From Phyllosticta citribraziliensis (taxonomy: Eukaryota), in contig NW_027117341.1 in the NCBI RefSeq assembly GCF_038025025.1, positions 1,736,001 through 1,800,000 on the forward strand: 64,000 nt of DNA. Reading direction: 5' to 3'. The notes under the pieces were generated by a model. That model did not search any database and had not been told where the DNA came from. It saw only the letters and a program-made list of their open reading frames with translations. The first letter of the stretch is position 1. Every line of letters begins with the position of its first letter. The translations under genes and the position numbers were made by a program. Shown here piece by piece: positions 56,466 through 64,000 of the stretch.

Positions 56466-58511
56466 TCAAAACTTGCTGGACCGGTGGTTGTTCTGCTTGT
56501 GCTTCTTGAAACCAGGCGACGGCTGAGCGTCGCTAAACTTCCTCTTCTTCTGGAAGCCCGCGTCGCTGCGCTTCAGAGAGCTGGATTTGCTGGGCTGCGC
56601 GGTATTCGACTTCGAGGTGTTTTGCTTGCTGTTCTTGGCCGAGCTGGTCTTGCTGCTGCTGCTGCCCGTGGGTTTGGGCTTGGACGCGCCATCTTCGGCG
56701 AGTGGGCTGGCGTCGCCGTCCCGGAGCCGGGTGTAGAACAGCACGTACGGAGTGCTGTCGCGGTTCCGCTTGTCGTGCGGTTGCAAGAGGTCGCTGAAGT
56801 TTATCGACTGCACGCTTGAATCGGAAATTTGGCGCACGCCCTTGGGCGTCACTGTCCGGGCGAGGTAGTGGCCGAACGACAATTCGCCCCACTGCAAAAC
56901 CACGCCGCTCAAAGAGTACCGCGCCTTTTCGTCCTCGCATCCTGAGGCGAGATATTTGGAAAAGTCGAGTACCGGAGGATATATGACGGGGTCATCGATC
57001 TTGATGTTTTTGGGCACGGCCCTCTTGCCCTTCCCCACCATTCGGGAGGTGAAGCGCCGGAGGTGGATGATCATGATCTCTGGGAGCTGGGTGAACGAGG
57101 TGCGGCGGTTGACTGTCATCCCTTCTTCCGGTTTCTTCCCCTTCTCCAATTTCGAGTAGTAGCTGCATTGCTTGTTCTCGCAATATACACCTTCCATTCT
57201 TTCGTGCAGCAAATGCCTTTCGATGCAGGCTTCCAGGCGGTTCCTTTGGCCCGCTTGGATAGAGACCGACATGTGCACGTCTTCGGCCAAAGTGCGTGAA
57301 ACGCGTCGACATTTTGTGCAGGCCCAAGTCTTGCTCATTCCAAATCCAAAGATGCTTCTATACTGGAAGGTATCCATCTGGTTGTGGGTTGGAAGGACAT
57401 TGAGCATCCATAGACAGAATTCGTTTGCGTCCTGTTGGTTCGAGAAGTCTTTTTTTGAATCAGCGCCCATTGGAAATGTCGACGTGGAGAAAGCAATCTT
57501 CTTCATGGTCAAGTCGAAGTATCTGGTAGCGTCCAGCAACTCCTGCTTGCCTTTTGGCGTCCAGTATGCCTCGGCAAGTCCGATCAAAGCACAAGCGAAA
57601 CAAGCTGTCGCCTTCGTGATTCTTGGTTTGCCCTTGACCGTTTCCTGTATTTCTCCAGGACAATGTTTTGAATGGTTGCGCCGGTGTGTACTGAGCCAGG
57701 TAACAAACACGGGAATGTTGAGGAGACACTGCAAAACACTGCGACGGTAGCAGAAGACGCCTGGATTGAACAAGCCATACCCACCGACGTTGGGATTGGG
57801 CCATCGGCGGTCCAGGCTGTCGAGGAATTGCCGACGTCGAGCTCGCTCGTCTGCCATTTCCGTCTTCTTTCCGGTAAGAGACTGTCCAGCAGTCCTGTTC
57901 GGCTTAGTTGCGTCCTTTTGAGCGGAAGAAACCTGAGGTTTTGCCGACTCTTTCTTGCGGGATTCCAGGGGAGCCCGATCAGCCTGTGCCTGCTCAACAG
58001 GTGCTTTCGTCTTAGACTTCAAATCCGGAGTGCTAGTCGTGGACTGCTGCTGTTGCTGCGCGGAGGCTTGCTTCTTGGCCTCGCGCTTCTCTTGCTTCGT
58101 CGGATTTTGCTTCTCGCTGCTAGTCGTATCTTGCTGCAGCAAAGACGCTCTCTTCCTCTCACGCCTCTCCTTCTTCGTCGCGACACGCTTCCTCTCGCTG
58201 TCGAGCGCGGTCTCTGATGCGGGAGACGAAGGCGGCGTATCAACAACGGGGCCAGACTTGCCGCGCACCTCGTCGCGATCAAAAATCGACGGCGGTCTGG
58301 TCGAAGAACTAGACGACTCTGACGTCTCACTGCTCGCCTCTTGCTCTTTCCTCTTGATCAAGCTGATCTCAGGCCGGGTTTTCTTGGCGGGCGGTTTGGA
58401 ATGCTGGTTTGGCGATTTGGGGTGATGCGATTGCTGCAGCGCCGCCGCAGGAGTAGATATATACGGCGAATTGGTGGCGTCCATTTTTGGAGAGACGACG
58501 GGCTCGGCCAT
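56466..58511 (-). CDS. Ubiquitin-specific protease (peptidase C19); start could be further upstream at 58712
   Basis: Cys box GLFNPGVFCY..SVLQ, QQDANEF, CxxC pairs, LPEIMIIHLRRF, His box YSLSGVV..G....GHY, ISDSSV, PYVLFY. Confidence 0.88.
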   Translation of the reverse strand: MAEPVVSPKMDATNSPYISTPAAALQQSHHPKSPNQHSKPPAKKTRPEISLIKRKEQEASSETSESSSSSTRPPSIFDRDEVRGKSGPVVDTPPSSPASETALDSERKRVATKKERRERKRASLLQQDTTSSEKQNPTKQEKREAKKQASAQQQQQSTTSTPDLKSKTKAPVEQAQADRAPLESRKKESAKPQVSSAQKDATKPNRTAGQSLTGKKTEMADERARRRQFLDSLDRRWPNPNVGGYGLFNPGVFCYRRSVLQCLLNIPVFVTWLSTHRRNHSKHCPGEIQETVKGKPRITKATACFACALIGLAEAYWTPKGKQELLDATRYFDLTMKKIAFSTSTFPMGADSKKDFSNQQDANEFCLWMLNVLPTHNQMDTFQYRSIFGFGMSKTWACTKCRRVSRTLAEDVHMSVSIQAGQRNRLEACIERHLLHERMEGVYCENKQCSYYSKLEKGKKPEEGMTVNRRTSFTQLPEIMIIHLRRFTSRMVGKGKRAVPKNIKIDDPVIYPPVLDFSKYLASGCEDEKARYSLSGVVLQWGELSFGHYLARTVTPKGVRQISDSSVQSINFSDLLQPHDKRNRDSTPYVLFYTRLRDGDASPLAEDGASKPKPTGSSSSKTSSAKNSKQNTSKSNTAQPSKSSSLKRSDAGFQKKRKFSDAQPSPGFKKHKQNNHRSSKF

Positions 58512-59250
58512 GGTGGTGGACAAAGGGTGCTTGTTCGTCGTGCTCTTGCTGGTGCTGCTGCCGGGGTGGCGCCCAATGCGCTCGTCAAAGAATCGCGACG
58601 GGTTGGTCGATGTTGAAAGAAAGACGATGCTGCTGCGGCGGCGGCGGCGTCTGGACCGCTGGAGCGAGGCGGACCGCGCGAGGTCTTTGGTCTTGATCTT
58701 TGTCAAGGCCATTGTGAAGAGAAGGCGGCTCGGTGTGAAAACGCGCGCGGTTGTGAAAAGCTGGCCGCAGAATACACAATGTGAAGAGCAGAAGCCAACG
58801 ACAAAGGGACCGGGGGCCGCCTGTTCTATGTAGGTACGGTAGTGAAGGCAAGACTCAACAGGGCAACGAACGCCCTTATTCAACGTGACCTGACCTCAGC
58901 ACGAAGAGACGGATGGCGTGGCGGCGCGGACCAGAAGACGAGACGGTATCTCGCGCAGGGCAAGAGAGAGACAAAGAGAGACGGACGGGATGCAAAAGGG
59001 AAGCAGATTGGACGCGGCGACAAAGACAGCGAACGGAAAAAATGACCTCGACCCAAAAAGTCGGCGCGAAAGGAAAAAAACAGTCGAGGGCGCGAATGAA
59101 GCTCGGGTAGGGATGTGGCTTGAGCCACCAAGGCCGCTTTTTTCGCGTCCTGCGCCACACCCGCCCAGCCACACGTCTTTCAACAGCCAGTGGATGCTCT
59201 CCAACCAACCAATTCGTACGTCGACGAATACTCCCACCACGCCCTCCACC

Positions 59251-60062
59251 ATGGTTGACCACGGCCCCGCCTACGAAAACGACCATGTCCACACCGTCTA
59301 CGAGCAGATCGCCTCGCACTTTTCCTCCACGCGCTACAAGGTAGCTCGCCGCTCTTCACTCCCGCCGTCTCGCGCCCCCAACACAACCAACTGACCACCA
59401 CCCAGTAGCCATGGCCCATCGTGGAGCGCTACCTCCGCGCCCTGCCCGCAGGCTCCATCGGCCTCGACATCGGCTGCGGCAACGGCAAATACCTCTCCGT
59501 AAACCCCGCCCTCTACATCGTGGCCTCGGACCGCTCGACCAACCTGGCGCAAATCGCGACGACGCGCCAGCCGCCGCACGGTAGCGTCGTCGTCGCCGAC
59601 ACGCTGGCGCTGCCGCACCCACTCGCGCGCTTCGACTTCGCCATTTGTATTGCTGTCCTGCACCACCTGTCGACGGCCGCGCGGCGCGTCGCCGGGCTGC
59701 GCGAGATCCTGGCGCACCTGCGCGCCGACGAGGGTTGCACGGCGCTTGTGTACGTGTGGGCGCTGGAGCAGAAGAACAGTCGGCGTGGGTGGGATGAGGG
59801 CGGAGAGCAGGACGTCATGGTGCCGTGGGTCATGCAGGGCGGCAACAAGCCCAAGGCCAAAGCAAAAAATGCGAACCAAAGGGATGCTGTGGATGATGAG
59901 GCTCAGGATCAACCGCCCGAGGAGCCGAAGACGTTCCACCGCTATTACCACCTCTACCGGAAAGGCGAGCTGGAGGCGGACGTTGCGGCGGCGGGGGGCG
60001 AGGTGGTCGAGTCGGGGTATGAGAAGGATAACTGGTGGGCTGTCATGAGGCGGAAAGAATAG
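59251..60062 (+). CDS. TRM9: tRNA wobble-uridine (mcm5U) methyltransferase Trm9, 1 intron
   Basis: HVHTVYEQIASHFSSTRYK|intron 59341-59408|PWP, LDIGCGNGKY, IAVLHHLST, YVWALEQ, RYYHLY, DNW. Confidence 0.95.
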
Positions 60063-60637
60063 AGAGGGACATCTGGTGCGGGATGTTCAGCTACCAGGTA
60101 CCTACCCTATCTATACGAAAGAGGGAGGAAAAGAGGGAAGCTTCGGCTGAGTGTCAGCCGTACCTGTTTGCACGGCATACATCCATTCGCCGCTTGCCTG
60201 CATAAGTGTTTGCTGTTGCTCCGCTTCCTCGTCAATCGGGACAGCGGGGATGTGCGCTTGGAGCAGAACGTCTGCCCTTGTGTACTAGACGCGTGGACAA
60301 CCTTGATTGAGAGATTGAGGATGTCTGATCAGTCAACTGGTCTGCTCTATTCTGCTCTGTTCAGATCTGGTCTGGTCTGGTCTAATCCGATCCAATCACT
60401 CGCATGGATCTTGATCAATCCCAGTTCATCCATTGACAACCAAGCCATCTGCCATATCTCTCCATGTCTAACAAAACGCCATCTGCCCTGCCCTGCTCTG
60501 TTCCGCTCCCCTCCAATCCCATCTGGTATCGTCTATGCGCAATCAAGTCTCGCTCCCTCCTCCCTCCATGCCACCCTCCATGCATCCATCCAATCACCAA
60601 CCATCGTCCACATACCTCCGTAAGGACTTTTAGGACT

Positions 60638-62490
60638 TTACACCCCATTAGCACCCCCGCCGCCATTCTCCGCTGCTGCTCCCCCCTTAACGATGCCACT
60701 CAAGCACCCGGGGCAATTATGCGCCACCTCATGACAAAAGAGGTCGCAATCGACGCAGAAATGGCACCCGCAGCTGTCGCACTCGTACCGCGACGACTCG
60801 CTAGCCGCGGCCTCGGCGCCGACGATTTCCGCGTCAGCGTCAGGGTCCTCAGCGTCGACAGTGTTGCTGTTGTTGTTGGGGCCATCTCGCCGCTTGTGCG
60901 CCGTGCCATTCGCCGCGGCGGAACTCTTCCTGCGCTTCGCCGCCGCCGGCGACGACGGCGGCACGGGCGGAAAAGGCGTCAGGCAGCTGGCGCACTCGGA
61001 CGAGGCGACCTTGCGGGCGCGGTCCCACGAGACGGGCGACCAGTTGCGCAGCGGGAAGAGGTGGTGGTAAGAGCGGGCGAGGTGGGTCGACAGGATGAGC
61101 GTGAGGCCGCACGACGGGCACGTGGCGGGGAGGGCGCAGACCTTGGCCTTGCAGCGCGAGCAGAGGTAGCCGCCGCGCGTGAGGGCGCCGTGGCAGGCGC
61201 AGATGGTGGCGTCGTGCTCGGTGATGCGGCTGGGGAAGCCCATCATGAGGAGGGAGGCTGGGTTGGCGTTTTCTTCTGCGGCGGCAGTGGCAGTGGTTGT
61301 TGTTGGTGCAGTATCCCGGATGACGGGCGGCGTCGTCGTCGCCATGAGTAGATCGCGGAAATGCAGTTGGTCCAGCGCTACCCCATACACCGTCTCGTCG
61401 CCGCCGTTGGTGCGCGCGCATATCTCCTGGCAGATTTTGAGCCGCCCGCCCATGCCGATGATGTTGACTCGGATCTTGTCCTTGACGCACGCGCGTATCG
61501 TGGCGAAAATGTCCCCTGGGTCGACTGACAGCAGTGCTCCCAAGATGATGATGACCTCGCGCGTTCCGTGGCTGGGCGTGTGGTACAGCGCCGCGCGGCA
61601 CTGCTCCAGCGCATTTTGAAGGGAGGGACTGCCCCGGGGCTCCTGGTAATCGGCCTGCCGCGAGTCGCGGAGCTTGCGCAGCGGCGTAATGTGGTCGTTG
61701 GGGTTGCCGCTCAATTCACTGACGCGGTTGCAGAAGCCGTCATACATGCCCATGATGCTCATTTGGCTGATGGGGTTCTGCTCGAAAAATTCGCCCACAA
61801 ACTCTTGCGCGTACTTGAGCACGGCCAGGTAGCGGTTCGGTCGAAAGTCTTTGTCCAACATGGCCTCGGATTGGTCGATGATGAGGACGACATGGCGGAT
61901 GATGCCGCGTTGAAAGGGTTTGGTGTCTTGACGGAGTCTGGAAATGTCAGCTCAGTTCGTGTGACCATGTGAATGGAGGCAATGAGTAATGTCTGGCAAT
62001 TACTCCTCTCTGGTCTTTGACTGTCCCCTGTATGAAAGCCACGCATTGTAGTATTGCCACGGGCTCGCCTTTTCCTCAACCTTTACAGCTCTTCTGTGAA
62101 CCAGCGCGATATCCGCCGCCACATGCGTATGGCCCATACCAGCAAGAGAGCACCAGTGATGAAATCCAACGACAATCGTACAATGATTTGGTAATATACC
62201 ATGGTGATGTTGAATAACAAGTCCAACTCTTTCCGGAGTTTGATGCCAGGCAAGAAAAGCGTAGCTTACCTCTTCCTCTTCTTCGCCTCTGGATTGTCAT
62301 CCTCGTCAGGAAGCAGCCGACCGTCGGCGCCCTCGCGCAGCGTATCCTGCACGCCCTGCTCCCAGCGCTCCTTCCCGCGTCCCGAGTGTCCATTGCCGCG
62401 CTTCTTGCCCTTGGCCCGCGTGCCGTAGTCGTTTGTTCGGACAACGTCGTCGTCGGAGCCGTACACGAATTCTCCGTCAGAGTCGGCCAT
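60638..62490 (-). CDS. SSL1: TFIIH subunit Ssl1/p44, 1 long intron (61939-62269)
   Basis: KRKR|LRQDTKPFQRGIIRH, FFEQNPISQ, PSLQNALE, LMMGFP, C4 zinc ribbon, STHLARSYHHLFPL, FCVDCDLFCHE. Confidence 0.95.
61987..62157 (-). ncRNA. Candidate intronic box H/ACA snoRNA
   Basis: Hairpin (ACUGGUGC/GCGCUGGU), ANANNA box ACAGAA (62092-62097), hairpin (UGGCAAU/AUUGCCA, 61994-62059), then ACA (61990-61992), all on the sense strand of the SSL1 intron. Confidence 0.45.
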
Positions 62491-63194
62491 GGTGAGGTTG
62501 CTCGGCCAAGGAAGGCGAACGAGTGTGGTCGAGTGGTCAAGCTGGGGCGGCGGCTGCTACTGCCGACATGGAGTCTTGGACCAAAAACGAGCGTTGGGAG
62601 CCGACGAGGTTGAACCGTGTAGAGGTGAGGTGATGCGGCGGTTCCGCGACTTTGGTCGAAATTCACGCGCGCGCGCTGGAGGCCTTCGCAAGTGTGGGCG
62701 AGAGGCGCCGGCGGCGGGCGGGCAACGGGCGCAGAGACATCTGATGGAGCTGCCTGCGAGCTCGTCGGATTCTGGAACGAATCGAACGGAAGTTGGTCGG
62801 TGTCGTCACCTCCCAGGCCCCGACGTGCACGTGACGGCAAAGCTTAAATCGCATCGCCGCGGACAGTCCCGCCACAAGGCACGTCGCGCGATGCAGGGTC
62901 ATTTTATGTATATTTTTGGCAGGAATTTGAGTAATTACGTGCCTGTCGGCACGGTAGAATCCATTACATGTCAGGGTCTGAAGCTCGTCTTCTATCTTCG
63001 TACAAAACGTCGTGGGGGGAATAAGGTATCCATGGCCAGGTTCTTTGCCCGGCCTTTCATCTCGTAAAAAAGGCACGCCGCGCTGTGCTCCGAATCGAAA
63101 CAAAGAAAAACTTGACCGATTACTCCCAGCCGCCTTTACAACCGGTGCCAGCGCAAAAAGGCGAGTAATCAAAACGAAAACGTTAAAAGCAAAC

Positions 63195-64000
63195 TCATGC
63201 GTAAGTCGAGCCCGATACGGGCATGGGCCAGTCGTCTTCTGTGATGCTGGACCAAAACACCCACACCATGACGACGGCACAGAGGGTGAAGAGCGTCTCG
63301 AATAGCCCGCCGTTGATCTTGCCGTTTGTCGAGTTGCACAGATGCACGCTGATGACATATTGGAATATTTGGCCAATGGCAAAGAGGAGGGCGGCGCCAC
63401 CGAGGTATACTTCTGGGATTAGCCACGGATCGGACGAGGCAAACAATCAACTTACGCATCGGTCTCCTTTCTCCCAGAACCTGGATGACAAGGTAGGTTT
63501 CGACGGCGAAAAAGGCGACGAGGAAGATGAGCGGCACCAGCTGGTAGAGGGTGTAGAGGGAATAGGTGCGGTTTGGCGCGTTGAGGGTGTCGTCCCAGTA
63601 ACCCGTCCAGCTGAAGCCCGTGTCCAGCGCAATGTAGCCGGTGCCGACAAAGAAGATGGCGGCCGAGACGGCGAGCAGGCCGACGGACAGAGGGGTGCCG
63701 TCGTCGAGAAGCTGGAAGCCGACGATGCCGTTGAGGAAGAGGACCCAGATGGTTGCGACGACGGCAGCGATGTGGATGGCGCTAAAGGCCTGTCAGGTTG
63801 TCAGCGGCAAGGCCAAGGGATTCAGGGTCGGGGGATCCATTCCATACCCTTCGCACGGCACCGTCGAGGGGAAATCCGCCGACGGTGAAGATCTCACATA
63901 TGGAGATGAGGATGTAGCCAATGAGGAAGAGCTGCATTTCCCTGCGCCGTGTCAGACCTAACCAAAGTGGGCAGCCGATGGGGTGTAACGGCACCTTCTA
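63195..64000 (-). CDS. CHS7: Chitin synthase export chaperone Chs7 (3' part; extends beyond the window)
   Basis: GRREMQLFLIGY..ICEIFTVGGFPL, VGFQLLDDGT, LYQLVPL, INGGLFETLFTL, VWVFWSSITEDDWP. Confidence 0.93.

Noticed and set aside
62156..62212. Plus-strand GTGATGA as a C/D snoRNA C box
   Set aside because: Antisense to the host intron and no suitably placed CTGA D box.

Overview
Intron-containing genomic DNA from a filamentous ascomycete (Pezizomycotina). The evidence is GT-AG introns with CTRAC branch points, conserved fungal genes and a RIP-type AT-rich block. From about 16.4 kb onward the window is mostly housekeeping genes: a TDA3-like oxidoreductase, a WW protein, a BTB protein, NHA1, CRT10, YyaL/SPATA20, an APC permease, RPN8, a SWIM/Sws1-like gene, UTR4, KSP1, a USP, TRM9, SSL1 and partial CHS7. 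It also holds two repeat-rich orphan ORFs at 21-25 kb. Between a GT31 gene (833-2242) and the oxidoreductase lies an accessory island. It contains (1) an intronless bacterial-type Doc/Fic toxin gene (HAFQDGNKR) facing a small spliced gene with a mitochondrial-presequence-like N-terminus, which I propose as a candidate toxin/antidote pair; (2) a heavily RIP-mutated Ty3/Gypsy retrotransposon that breaks off just after the RT catalytic motif, about 50 bp upstream of the Doc start; and (3) a tandem paralog family with a RIP-inactivated copy and a triplicated, splice-phase-compatible terminal exon. Other points of note are a candidate H/ACA snoRNA in the SSL1 intron, a GC-AG intron in CRT10, stop-free 3n introns in UTR4 and minimal uORFs upstream of KSP1. 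All calls come from reading motifs by eye; no database searches were run.
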